Of a stretch of DNA of 64,000 nucleotides, positions 30,590-39,933 are shown in pieces; within the stretch, counting starts at the first letter, position 1; each line of letters starts with the position of its first letter. The notes under the pieces were generated by a model. It did not search any database, was not told the origin of the DNA, and worked only from the letters and a program-made list of their open reading frames with translations. Source of the stretch: Nostoc sp. DedSLP01 (lineage in GTDB: Bacteria > Cyanobacteriota > Cyanobacteriia > Cyanobacteriales > Nostocaceae); assembly GCA_034530875.2 (NCBI GenBank), contig JAVRCJ020000005.1, forward strand, positions 273,903 to 337,902, in the 5' to 3' direction. Both the position numbers and the translations under genes were made by a program.

Positions 30590-31096
30590 TCAAGGCTCAA
30601 TTTTGATAGTATCCCCTACTTTTAAATTTAATTCGGCTGCTCGTCCAGACCGAAGTTCAATCACCTTGTCGATTGGTGTATTGGGGCCATAAGTAGGACA
30701 AGGTTCATTAGCACAAGGGGGTGCAGCAGGTTGAATATATTTAACTACGCCATTCTGTAGAAATACCATATCTAAAGCTACAGGTACATTCTTCATCCAA
30801 AAACTGACTGGTTGTGCTGAAGGAAACGGAAACAACATTCCCCGGTCATCTGGCAAAGCTGGTCTATACATTAACCCCATCGCCTGCTGTTTTGCCGTCT
30901 TTGCCACTTCTAGCTGAATCGTTGTGCCATTAGGAAGAATAGCTTTGGCAGTAATTGGTAGTTTTTGACCTAAATTCTCTGGTGGTGGAGTTTGAGAATT
31001 AGATGTGGAGTTTGAAGGTATAGCTGTGGTTGGCATAGAACAACCCATCAGTAAAATACTTAGTAACATTGAGAGCAAGCTTAGGCAACGACTCAT
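30590..31096 (-). CDS. DUF192 family lipoprotein
   Basis: Lipobox LLMGC, LEVA.T...Q..GLMYR, GMLF, FWMKNVPVALD, VIELRSG. Confidence 0.9.
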   Translation of the reverse strand: MSRCLSLLSMLLSILLMGCSMPTTAIPSNSTSNSQTPPPENLGQKLPITAKAILPNGTTIQLEVAKTAKQQAMGLMYRPALPDDRGMLFPFPSAQPVSFWMKNVPVALDMVFLQNGVVKYIQPAAPPCANEPCPTYGPNTPIDKVIELRSGRAAELNLKVGDTIKIEP

Positions 31097-31204
31097 ATAA
31101 TTTTTTGATTCTGTAATTTAGATTTCAATTTTACAGAATATATCCGATTTTGGATTTAAAATTTGAAAATTTTGGATTGGGAATCGCTTTCTACATCTAC
31201 TTTC

Positions 31205-31377
31205 TAAGTAGGTCAGCCCAATTAAAGCTAACTGGCATAGGTTATCATTTGTCCTGCGTTCAAATTCTCAGCAAAGGGAACCTTTGCTGAGAATTTGCAC
31301 TTTGCGATTGTTGATTAATAGGGGTTTGAAGTCTGCTTAGGCTTCGTAACATAATTTAATTTATTGTCGCCGACTTA
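31205..31377. mobile_element. Degenerate MITE (TAAGTAGG-type ends) with an internal palindrome
   Basis: Left end TAAGTAGGTCAGC, right end GCCGACTTA. Shares subterminal TTCGT(A/T)ACATA.TTTAATTT with 35245-35375. Perfect 17 bp palindrome at 31261-31297. Confidence 0.6.
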
Positions 31378-31495
31378 ACGATCTATACGTCTGTGGCAAT
31401 TATTTTTGATTAAATAGACCATTATTAAGTCACGACCTAAATACAGCGACTATTTAAAATAATACTTTTGAGTTTTGACTTTTGCCTTGCGGTAC

Positions 31496-32182
31496 TTAGG
31501 ATTCTCTCAAAACGTAGCCGACGCCCCGCACTGTTTGTATGAGGCGCTTTTGACCTTCATCTTCAATTTTTAAACGCAAGTAGCGGATGTATACTTCAAT
31601 TACATTCGATTCACCGAGAAAGTCGTAACCCCAAACATTTTCTAAAATTTGTTCGCGGGTTAGAACTTCACGGGGATGTTCCATTAAGAATTTTAATAGT
31701 TCAAATTCCTTCATTGTCAAGTCAATTGCCCGTCCGTTGTGTATGGCGCGGCGAGTTGCTATGTCTAAAATCAAATCCCCAAAGCGTAATTGCTCTGTGG
31801 TATCCACATCCGGTTTTAAGTAGAGGCGAATTAACTTTAAAAAGTCTTCTGACCGATAAGGCTTGAGGATGTAATCATCAGCTCCAGCTTCTAGACAAGC
31901 TACGCGATCGTCAACTGTATCCCTTGCCATTAAAATTAACACAGGCGATCGCACCCCAGTGCTTCTGAGATTTTTGCACAATGAGAGTCCTGATTCACCT
32001 GCTAGCATCCGGTCTAAAACAATTAAAGCAGGCTGGCGATCGCGACAGTATTGCAATCCACTAGTCGCATCATGAGCCAAAACTGATTCATAGCCGGCTT
32101 CTTGCAAATCGCAAGCAAGCTGATTTGCTAGGTTCTCATCGGTTTCAATCACCAAAACACAGGGACTTTGAGCAACTGTCAT
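31496..32182 (-). CDS. nblR: OmpR-family response regulator NblR
   Basis: Atypical receiver (VIETDE, LMARD) plus OmpR winged helix LTMKEFELL...SNVIEVYIRYLR...IQTVRGVGY. Conserved position after nadK. Confidence 0.88.
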   Translation of the reverse strand: MTVAQSPCVLVIETDENLANQLACDLQEAGYESVLAHDATSGLQYCRDRQPALIVLDRMLAGESGLSLCKNLRSTGVRSPVLILMARDTVDDRVACLEAGADDYILKPYRSEDFLKLIRLYLKPDVDTTEQLRFGDLILDIATRRAIHNGRAIDLTMKEFELLKFLMEHPREVLTREQILENVWGYDFLGESNVIEVYIRYLRLKIEDEGQKRLIQTVRGVGYVLRES

Positions 32183-32532
32183 AACAATTGAGGATATTGG
32201 ATTTGGATTGTAAAAACGTTTTCGAGGAAGTCTTTACATCTGTATAAAAGTGCAATTACGAGTTTCTAAAGATGGAACAATCCCGAGCGATCGCGTTACT
32301 TAGGATGTTTTAACACGTTCGGGTATGAACCACCGAATTCTCAAGTGCAATCTTAATAACTAACTCCAAATACCATCCTGACACCACTAATTCTGGAAGG
32401 AAACCCCGAAATGGGGTATGGGGATATGGGGAGAGATGAGGAGATGGGGAAGTATGGGGAGAGAGGAGAAAGATTTCTCCCCCATCTCCTCACACCTCCC
32501 ACACTCCAATGCCCCATGCCCCATGCCCTATG

Positions 32533-32577
32533 ACAGCAGTTGCTTCAAGCCGGGAAACCCGTCCAACGCACTGCCTC
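32533..32577 (+). repeat. 45 bp small dispersed repeat inside a heptamer array
   Basis: ACAGCAGTTGCTTCAAGCCGGGAAACCCGTCCAACGCACTGCCTC. A homologous copy lies at 62566-62610 on the opposite strand. Confidence 0.8.
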
Positions 32578-32592
32578 CCCTATGCCCAATAA

Positions 32593-33510
32593 TTACGGCA
32601 ATTCTACCGAAGTTGGTTTGGCTATATGCGGCAAACCCCAACCTAATTTTTCTCGCAAAATTCGGAAAAACTCTGGCGATTGTAGGCGAATAAATCGGAC
32701 ACTATATTGCGATCGCTCTATATGTACTCGATCCTCTGGAAGTACATAGCACCCACCATTACCATCCACCACCATTACCATTCGCGGAATATTGACTGGG
32801 TAGATGTTGACCGATTCTGTGTCTGGAAATACTAATGCTCTAGAAGCTAGGGAATGCGGGCAAATCGGTACTAGCTGTAGAGCCGGTACACCAGGAGTCA
32901 CTACTGGGCCGCCAGCACTTAATGAATAGGCTGTAGAACCAGTAGGTGTGGAAACAATCACACCATCCGCGGCAATATCTACTGGCGCGTGACGCCCGAT
33001 GGCAATTTCAAAATGGCACATAGAAGTCAAAGGCTCCCGATGTAGCACCATTTCATTCAAGCACAGAGCTTCCCACAGTAATGAATCTCCCCGAAGCACT
33101 TGCACTGTGAGCATGGCTCGTTCTTCAATTTCATACTCACCCGCCATCACCTGCTCTAATGCTTGAGGCAATTGATTGAGGAAAGCTTCCGTCAAAAATC
33201 CCATGTGGCCGGTATTCACTGTTAACAGTGGAATACCACAGGGAGCTACTTGACGAGATGCTGCTAAAACAGTGCCATCTCCTCCTAACACCACTGCAAA
33301 TTTCATCTCTGAGTCAAAACCAGGCGGTGTCAGCCCGTCTAAAGGGGTGTGGCATACAGGACTCTCAGGGGTAGAGTAGCCCAATATGCCACCGATACTC
33401 GATGTGAGACACACATCCCAACCGGCAGCGGTTAGCTTGTCTTTTAACTCGATAGCGACACGACCCGCTATCGGTTTAACGTCATTGTAGATAATGCCTG
33501 CTTTCGGCAC
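32593..33510 (-). CDS. nadK: NAD(+) kinase
   Basis: [40 protein letters not shown] start. Confidence 0.95.
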   Translation of the reverse strand: MPKAGIIYNDVKPIAGRVAIELKDKLTAAGWDVCLTSSIGGILGYSTPESPVCHTPLDGLTPPGFDSEMKFAVVLGGDGTVLAASRQVAPCGIPLLTVNTGHMGFLTEAFLNQLPQALEQVMAGEYEIEERAMLTVQVLRGDSLLWEALCLNEMVLHREPLTSMCHFEIAIGRHAPVDIAADGVIVSTPTGSTAYSLSAGGPVVTPGVPALQLVPICPHSLASRALVFPDTESVNIYPVNIPRMVMVVDGNGGCYVLPEDRVHIERSQYSVRFIRLQSPEFFRILREKLGWGLPHIAKPTSVELP

Positions 33511-33674
33511 ACTTAAATATCCAGGTTTCGGCAATGCTCTGTATTCTGTAATCGTTACACATTTTTGGTCATGTAGTCATTAATTTAGCTAAATGAGCTA
33601 CAAACCTCTGCTGTGCTGCAAGGATTAGCGCCAGCTACTTGAGAGTCAAATATTTATATTCCAGAGTCTACTGG

Positions 33675-34673
33675 CTATTGACTATTGGCTTTTGAAGATT
33701 GTTTAAAAGGACTTTTTTTAGATTTCTGCTTTTTAGTTTTATTTTTTTCGTAGTCTAACTCTTTGAGCTTCTTCATAATTCGGCTGAAGTACTCTTGGAG
33801 ATAACTTTCTAGAGTTGTAGTTTGTTCTTTATCTAAGCCAAATACTTTGTAAGCTTCATCCATTGAAGCATTTAACGGTTTTCCACTAGCCAATACTTCT
33901 GTAAATGCTAGCCTGTCGGCGACATTCCATCCCCATTGAAAGAAGCGCATGAAGTTCCGCACGGCGCGCAGTAAATTTATTGGCATCCGTGTGACTCTGG
34001 CTTCTTTTCCAGATAAGCGTTCGCACAAACCAATGATTTCTTCTGCACTCCACGCACGAGTACCTACTACTGGAAAAGCTTTGTTTTCTGTTTCTGGCAC
34101 GCTCAATGCTCGAATCGCAAATTTAGCGATATCCTGAGTGTCCATGTAGGCGATGGGAGAAGATTGACCAGTTACCCAGACTGGCTGTCCTTCTAAAATG
34201 GGAATCCCGTATTGACCGATTAACCCTTGCATAAAACCAGCTAGCCGCAAGATGGTGTAATTTAAGCCAGACTCAGCCAAGAAAAGTTCTGTACACCGCT
34301 TAATTTCCATCAGTGGCACTTCTGGGTATTTCTCGGCATCTAAAATCGAAAAGAAGATGAAACGCTCTACACCCGCTGCCTTTGCAGCTTGAATCAGTGC
34401 TACTTTGCCGTCCCAGTCTACTTGTTTGATGCTTAGCGAATCTGTAGGCCGAGATGTTGAGGCATCAATAACTTGGGTGACTCCTTGTAATGCTTCTGCT
34501 AGGGTGTCTGGATAACGCAAACTTCCCGACACAAGTTCTGCACCCCATTCTTTAAGAAAAGCTGCTTTTTTAGTACTGCGGACTAGACAGCGTACTTTAT
34601 ATCCCTCATCGATAGCACGACGAGCCACTTGTCTTCCTAAGGTGCCAGTGGCACCGACGATTAATAATGTCAT
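33675..34673 (-). CDS. ycf39: Ycf39 atypical SDR/NmrA-like PSII assembly factor
   Basis: LIVGATGTLGRQVARRA, FLKEWGAELV, VPLMEIK, FFQWGWNVADRLAF, LESYLQEYF. Confidence 0.9.
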   Translation of the reverse strand: MTLLIVGATGTLGRQVARRAIDEGYKVRCLVRSTKKAAFLKEWGAELVSGSLRYPDTLAEALQGVTQVIDASTSRPTDSLSIKQVDWDGKVALIQAAKAAGVERFIFFSILDAEKYPEVPLMEIKRCTELFLAESGLNYTILRLAGFMQGLIGQYGIPILEGQPVWVTGQSSPIAYMDTQDIAKFAIRALSVPETENKAFPVVGTRAWSAEEIIGLCERLSGKEARVTRMPINLLRAVRNFMRFFQWGWNVADRLAFTEVLASGKPLNASMDEAYKVFGLDKEQTTTLESYLQEYFSRIMKKLKELDYEKNKTKKQKSKKSPFKQSSKANSQ

Positions 34674-34837
34674 GAGGGTTGTAATATATCTTAATGTTTT
34701 ATGAAAAGAATCTTATCAGAATAATCTTATGTAAACAAAAGTTTACATTTTTTTCAGAAAATCTATTGAATTGGAGGCAAACATGAGAAAATTGCTGTCC
34801 GGTTGGCGGACAAGCTTTTTTCTCAGTTAGGGGTGAA

Positions 34838-34870
<33 letters not shown>

Positions 34871-34935
34871 GGAGATGAGGGGGATAGGGAGAATTCTTAT
34901 AACTCCTAACTCAGCATTCAACACTGAGGACTCAA

Positions 34936-35040
34936 TTATTCTTCTCCGCCTTGAATTTTTAGTAACAATGCGCCTAAGCCCCAGCCGACGAAGATTAAAC
35001 CGAAGGACAATAGAGCTGCATTCAAAATTTCGGCGCCCAT
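34936..35040 (-). CDS. petM: Cytochrome b6f subunit VII (absent from the ORF track, 34 aa)
   Basis: [34 protein letters not shown], with AAGGAG upstream. Confidence 0.95.
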   Translation of the reverse strand: MGAEILNAALLSFGLIFVGWGLGALLLKIQGGEE

Positions 35041-35244
35041 TGGTGTGATTCTCCTTATGGTAAGTTGGTCAGTGTAAAGATGGTCTACCAGAGCTTTTTG
35101 ATAGTTGCTGTGGCATTAGACCTGTGTAAATAATTCTAAACTACTTTAGCAGGTAATCCCTACTGGTTTTAGAGGCAATCTCTCTACTATGGAGAGGGGA
35201 TAAGGGAGATGGGGAGATAAGGGAGATGAGGGAGAATTGGATGG

Positions 35245-35375
35245 TAAGTAGGTCGGTGTTGAAAATTATCGTTATGGCAAGGCAGGAGGCAGAGGGCAGA
35301 AGGCAGGAGGGAAGAGCTTTTTGGGCAACTTTACTTTTCGTTACATACTTTAATTTTTTTACGCCATTCTACTTA
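35245..35375. mobile_element. MITE (TAAGTAGG-type ends) containing GGCAGGA heptamers
   Basis: Imperfect inverted ends TAAGTAGGTCGGTG ... ACGCCATTCTACTTA. Related to 31205-31377 and to a lone right end GCCTACTTA at ~41983-41991. Confidence 0.65.
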
Positions 35376-35391
35376 ATTCCGAACAAGTCTT

Positions 35392-36483
35392 ATGTATTCA
35401 AATAATCAAGGTAGTTTACAAAATTTTGGCCAACAGAATCGCCCGCGCTTAGCGCTGACAGTGGGAGATCCTGCGGGAATTGGGCCAGAGGTGATTTTAA
35501 AAGCTTTAACAGATGCGGAAATAAATCAAAAATACGAGGTTACTGTGGTAGGTAACCGAGATTTATTGACAAAGACTTATCACACGCTAAATTTAAGTCA
35601 AAATTTAGCACCTTTAGTAAATCCAGATCTGTTGTCAGTAATTGATGTGCCGCTGAAGGAAGAAATTAAAGCTCAAATTGTCTCAGGAGAAGGTAATGCA
35701 GCTAGCGGTGCGGCTAGTTTTGCTTATATGGAATATGCGATCGCTCAAACACTGGCTGGTAAGTTTGATGCTATCGTCACCGGGCCGATCGCTAAATCTG
35801 CTTGGAAAGCCGCAGGGTATAATTATCCAGGGCAAACGGAACTGCTAGCACAAATGTCTGGTGTCAAGCGCTTTGGTATGTTATTCGTAGCGCGATCGCC
35901 TCATACTCATTGGACGCTCCGAGCTTTACTTGCTACCACACATATTCCTTTATGTCAAGTGCCTGAGATATTGACACCGCAGTTGTTGACAGAGAAACTG
36001 GATTTGCTGGTGGAGTGCTTAAAGCAAGACTTTGGCATAGAGAAAGCGAGAATTGCGATCGCTGGTTTAAATCCCCATAGTGGCGAACAGGGACAATTAG
36101 GACGTGAGGAAGCAGATTGGTTAATTCCTTGGTTAGAGCAAGAGCGCCAAAACAGGCCACAATTGCAATTAGACGGGCCGATACCGCCAGATACGATGTG
36201 GGTTAAACCCGGTCAAGCTTGGTATGGAAATTCTCAGATTCAAAATCCGGCTGATGCTTACCTGGCACTTTACCACGACCAAGGCTTAATTCCTGTGAAA
36301 TTGATGGCGTTTGATAGAGCAGTTAATACTTCTATCGGTCTTCCTTTTGTACGCACTTCACCAGATCATGGAACAGCATTTGATATTGCAGGTAACGGAA
36401 TTGCTGATGCTACGAGTATGAAAGCAGCGATAGATTTAGCGGCTGAGTTAGTTAGTCAAAGGTTGGGGACGGGTCGTGGTTAA
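35392..36483 (+). CDS. pdxA: 4-hydroxythreonine-4-phosphate dehydrogenase
   Basis: [56 protein letters not shown]. Confidence 0.96.
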   Translation: MYSNNQGSLQNFGQQNRPRLALTVGDPAGIGPEVILKALTDAEINQKYEVTVVGNRDLLTKTYHTLNLSQNLAPLVNPDLLSVIDVPLKEEIKAQIVSGEGNAASGAASFAYMEYAIAQTLAGKFDAIVTGPIAKSAWKAAGYNYPGQTELLAQMSGVKRFGMLFVARSPHTHWTLRALLATTHIPLCQVPEILTPQLLTEKLDLLVECLKQDFGIEKARIAIAGLNPHSGEQGQLGREEADWLIPWLEQERQNRPQLQLDGPIPPDTMWVKPGQAWYGNSQIQNPADAYLALYHDQGLIPVKLMAFDRAVNTSIGLPFVRTSPDHGTAFDIAGNGIADATSMKAAIDLAAELVSQRLGTGRG

Positions 36484-36522
36484 AAGCTATTTGTCGCAAT
36501 ACTTACTAGGAGTAATCCTTAC

Positions 36523-36753
36523 TTGAATTTTGAAATTATCGGAGACATCACCAATATTGAAACAATTGCTGTTAGTAACTCCATTCGTGAACTTGAACGC
36601 TTGCGTAAAACTTATGGTTCAGGAAGGTGGCGGAAACTTAAAGGTTTTGCAACCATTAGCTTAGACGACGAAAGCATTTATGAAGCTGAGTTACACTGGT
36701 ATGAAGCCCACGGAATTGGTAAGAAAGAAATTAAAATAAAACGCTTTCTATAG
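36523..36753 (+). CDS. Small basic hypothetical protein (putative toxin of a two-gene module)
   Basis: TTG start with AGGAG RBS, 76 aa, RWRKLKG...ELHWYEAHGIG. 8 bp from the next gene. Confidence 0.75.
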   Translation: MNFEIIGDITNIETIAVSNSIRELERLRKTYGSGRWRKLKGFATISLDDESIYEAELHWYEAHGIGKKEIKIKRFL

Positions 36754-36761
36754 GAGTCGTT

Positions 36762-36995
36762 ATGCAGTCAGCGAACACAGAAACTCAATATGTTGTTTGC
36801 ATTAGCAACAAAGATTATCCTGCTTCTTTAGAAATTCGGAAAATTTACCAGACTGTTCCTGATTCTGATGCTGGTAAGCACCGAATGATTAGAGTGATTG
36901 ATGAATCAGGTGAAGACTATTTATACCCTAGCAATTATTTCGTATTGATTGAATTACCAAAAGCTGTTGCAGAAGCTTTTTCCCTGGCTAGTTAA
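36762..36995 (+). CDS. Small acidic hypothetical protein (putative antitoxin/immunity protein)
   Basis: AGGAG RBS overlaps the upstream stop. 77 aa, LEIRKIY...IRVIDESGEDYLYP..YF. Confidence 0.8.
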   Translation: MQSANTETQYVVCISNKDYPASLEIRKIYQTVPDSDAGKHRMIRVIDESGEDYLYPSNYFVLIELPKAVAEAFSLAS

Positions 36996-37145
36996 AATTT
37001 AATTAAGTTATTTACTAATTTTGAGTGAAACTAATTTGCATATCACAGTATTTTAAAAGTATATGTGAAAATTCTAATTTATTACTTTAGCCCTTTGGCT
37101 TGAGCCTCGAAGCCGTTTACTAGTTTCAAGTAAAGGCAATTTATG

Positions 37146-37188
37146 AATACCAGTCATCTGTTTTTCGGGCGACTGGTATTTATTTTTT
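37146..37188 (+). terminator. Intrinsic terminator-like hairpin
   Basis: AATACCAGTC-N15-GACTGGTATT followed by TATTTTTT. Confidence 0.7.
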
Positions 37189-37439
37189 GTGTTTTTTGAT
37201 TTAGAGAAAGAATAGGCTAACGCCTAAAAAAAAAGAAAAAATAAAGAGTTTTACTCCAATAGTTGTGGTGTCAATACGTCTTTAAATATTTTTCTTAAAC
37301 ACTTCGTGTTGTAGCGAAAATTGAACCGACTAACACCTTAGAAATGTGAGGAAATCTAGTTTTTTCGTGGTTGAGTCGATAGGACTTCCTTTTTTTGTTC
37401 ATTTTGGGTTGAAGAGTTTTTGATTTTTAGGAGTTAATT

Positions 37440-37919
37440 ATGAATTTCAATAACATTGAAGACTTTGGTTGCGATCTTCAAAGTCTTCATGACTGGTGTA
37501 ATCATCAATTTAGCATGAAGTCAATGGCTTCTAGTGAGATTACTTTTGGTCGAACTCACAAATGGTTTGGATACGAGGTAATACTAGTACACCCTGCGGT
37601 AATTAAGAAAGGACATTGGGATGAGATGGTTAATCGACTTGGCGATCGCATTCTTCCAGGATGGAATTGTGCCTTACTCTGCCATTATCGTCCAGGCGGC
37701 GGCATGATAGAACATCGTGACCATTCCGTTTTTGAACCTCTGGTAGCATTAGTCAATATTGGAAGTGCTAATTTCCGCATTGATAATCACGAATATCACC
37801 TTACAGATGGTCAGGTTATCAAGTTTAATTCTAATATTCTCCATGAACTACTTCCGGTTGCATCTGACCGCTGGTCTTTGTCTTTTCGCCGGATTAAGCC
37901 ACAGTCTCTACAGTTCTGA
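37440..37919 (+). CDS. AlkB-like 2OG-Fe(II) dioxygenase
   Basis: HY..GG...HRD (HxD), distal LHE, R.SLSFR. AGGAG RBS. Confidence 0.8.
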   Translation: MNFNNIEDFGCDLQSLHDWCNHQFSMKSMASSEITFGRTHKWFGYEVILVHPAVIKKGHWDEMVNRLGDRILPGWNCALLCHYRPGGGMIEHRDHSVFEPLVALVNIGSANFRIDNHEYHLTDGQVIKFNSNILHELLPVASDRWSLSFRRIKPQSLQF

Positions 37920-37957
37920 ATTTATGTAATCCTTTTGATGTAAGGATTATGGGGCTG

Positions 37958-38962
37958 TTATTGTATCGCTGATGTCACTCTATAATTAAATCTTTGTAAC
38001 TTGCGCTCCCATCTAAAAAACAAACTTTCCCCGTTCACCTCATCTGTCTTTTCACTTTCATTAATGAGGTCTTGGTTTTTCTCCTCTAATTCGCGCATAT
38101 ACTGCCTGAGTATACCCCCAACAGCGATCGCTCTGGTTTTATGTAGCTGACGGGTTAACTCTAAAAACCATTCTCTATCACCTACCAAATCTGACTCTTT
38201 CACTTGATACTTGAGAATTTCTGGAATAAGTATTGAGGGATTATGATGTTTAGCGATCGCGCTAATATGAATAACTGGCTGGTAATCAATCCGTAAACAC
38301 TGCTGCCATAACGCTACCCATTTGGTATGAGATAAATAACCATGACTGAAATACGAAGGCGGTACCATCGCCAAAATATGTAAATGCGGATGTGCCGATA
38401 TTCCATTTTTAGCTTTAGTCACTTCTATGGACTTCACCCAACCTTTTGCAGGCCATACTTTTAATTCAGTCAATCGCTTAAAAGCTTTATTTATCGAATC
38501 TAAGTTTTCCCTAAGTTCCTCAATTTGGCAATTCTTTATAGTCAAGGTGACAAACAGCCAACGGTACTTGGGGTAGTCAGTAACAACCTGTGGGAGAATT
38601 TTGTAAGCCTTTGCTTTCCACATCAGCGATCGCCGCCACTGACAAACTGGACAGTGACGAACTCTACAAAATTGGGCATCTGATAGTTTTAAGCTGAGAA
38701 TACCTTCCGATTTTTCTGGCACTAATTGAAACTCCAGCAACTCGGAACATGTTTTCACTCGGCAAGCATACTGCTGAAAGCAATGTTCATCTGCTTTGGC
38801 GTAATACTGGAAGACTTTATCAGCATTGGCTCGGTGCTTGTCCCAAGTTTTACCTATAGGCGCAACATTACTTAAGCTAAGTACATTTTGATTAGGTTGG
38901 GACTTATCTTGAGAGGATATATTAAAAGTTATAAACTTACAGTCTGAGGCTTTCGCGGACAC
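37958..38962 (-). CDS. rep: Rolling-circle replication initiator (Rep_1, pC194/pUB110/pKYM type)
   Basis: FCRVRHCPVCQWRRS Zn motif, FVTLT (motif I), EVT..HPHLHIL (HUH), EILKYQVKE (catalytic Tyr), GGIL. Confidence 0.93.
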   Translation of the reverse strand: MSAKASDCKFITFNISSQDKSQPNQNVLSLSNVAPIGKTWDKHRANADKVFQYYAKADEHCFQQYACRVKTCSELLEFQLVPEKSEGILSLKLSDAQFCRVRHCPVCQWRRSLMWKAKAYKILPQVVTDYPKYRWLFVTLTIKNCQIEELRENLDSINKAFKRLTELKVWPAKGWVKSIEVTKAKNGISAHPHLHILAMVPPSYFSHGYLSHTKWVALWQQCLRIDYQPVIHISAIAKHHNPSILIPEILKYQVKESDLVGDREWFLELTRQLHKTRAIAVGGILRQYMRELEEKNQDLINESEKTDEVNGESLFFRWERKLQRFNYRVTSAIQ

Positions 38963-39084
38963 AAAATCACCGAGTCAGTTTGGTATTAACGTCCTAACTT
39001 AACTCAATTTATACATTCAAGCCTCAATATAAATATTTAGTTAATTCAGTTTTCACGCTCAGGTTTTGAGCGATTCCGACGAGT

Positions 39085-39777
39085 CTAAGTAAAACGTTGA
39101 GGCTCTAGAATTAAATCTACAGCAGCGCTCAAGTCTTTAACGATTAAGTCGGGATGGTAAAGTTCTAATTGGGTACGATCGCGAATCCCAGATTCCACAG
39201 CGATCGCTTTAACACCGTAGTTTTTTGCAGCTGTAATATCTGCTTCTGTATCTCCGACCATCCAGGTATCGGCGGCGGGAGGTAGTTCTTCTAATGCCCT
39301 TTTCATTAATAAGGGTTTATCTTCGATGTCACGAGTTTTAACGTAGTCGTTACTCAGGCAATAACAACGATTTTCAGGAAAAAATTTGCCTAAATCATGC
39401 TTTTTGAAGGCATAATCTAGTTCCCGGACTCGGCGCATGGTCATAACTGCTAAATCAATGCCAGCTTGTTGAATTTTTAACAGTGCATCCACAGCACCAG
39501 GCGCAAGCGCGTCATAGTCGAAGTAAGGTTCTGTATGTACTGTTTTTCGCCGCAGCTGTGCAAATTCTTGTGCTTGCGCTTCATCTAAGCCAGAATTTAA
39601 GGCAATTTGTTTTTCGGGAACGCGCTTGCGCTTGAATTCCCAAAACTCTGCTTTGGGAAGTTCTCGTACATCTTGGCCTGGGCGACGGGTTTTTTCTAAG
39701 CAAAATTTATAAACTTGATAGTAGCGTTCGGAAACATCGATAATCGGGCCGTCAAAGTCAGTAATTAGTCTTAGCAT
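39085..39777 (-). CDS. HAD family hydrolase
   Basis: DFDGPIID motif I, VMT, KP, MVGDTEADI. Confidence 0.9.
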   Translation of the reverse strand: MLRLITDFDGPIIDVSERYYQVYKFCLEKTRRPGQDVRELPKAEFWEFKRKRVPEKQIALNSGLDEAQAQEFAQLRRKTVHTEPYFDYDALAPGAVDALLKIQQAGIDLAVMTMRRVRELDYAFKKHDLGKFFPENRCYCLSNDYVKTRDIEDKPLLMKRALEELPPAADTWMVGDTEADITAAKNYGVKAIAVESGIRDRTQLELYHPDLIVKDLSAAVDLILEPQRFT

Positions 39778-39933
39778 CGCTACACAATGTTAATTTTTCT
39801 TAAAATTATCGCAGTTATGTGGCTGTTTTGCGATCGCCAATCTTGCTGACGTTAAATTCGTGAAGTTGCTTGTCCACAAAGTCAACTTCTTTTGAGTCTG
39901 GCTGACTTTGAATTGATATTTTGTACTCAGGCA

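Noticed and set aside
31496..32182. Degenerate phosphorylation pocket in the response regulator
   Set aside because: This is an already known property of NblR, not novel.
37295..37402. 35 aa minus-strand ORF (MNKKRKSYR...) in the island
   Set aside because: No RBS or motif, and it overlaps the presumed promoter region of the dioxygenase.
38903..38914. CTTATCTTGAGA, an 11/12 match to the pC194-type nick region CTTATCTTGATA
   Set aside because: It is on the strand opposite to rep, inside the coding region, and has a mismatch in the core. No canonical CTTGATA lies upstream of rep on its sense strand, so no dso is called.
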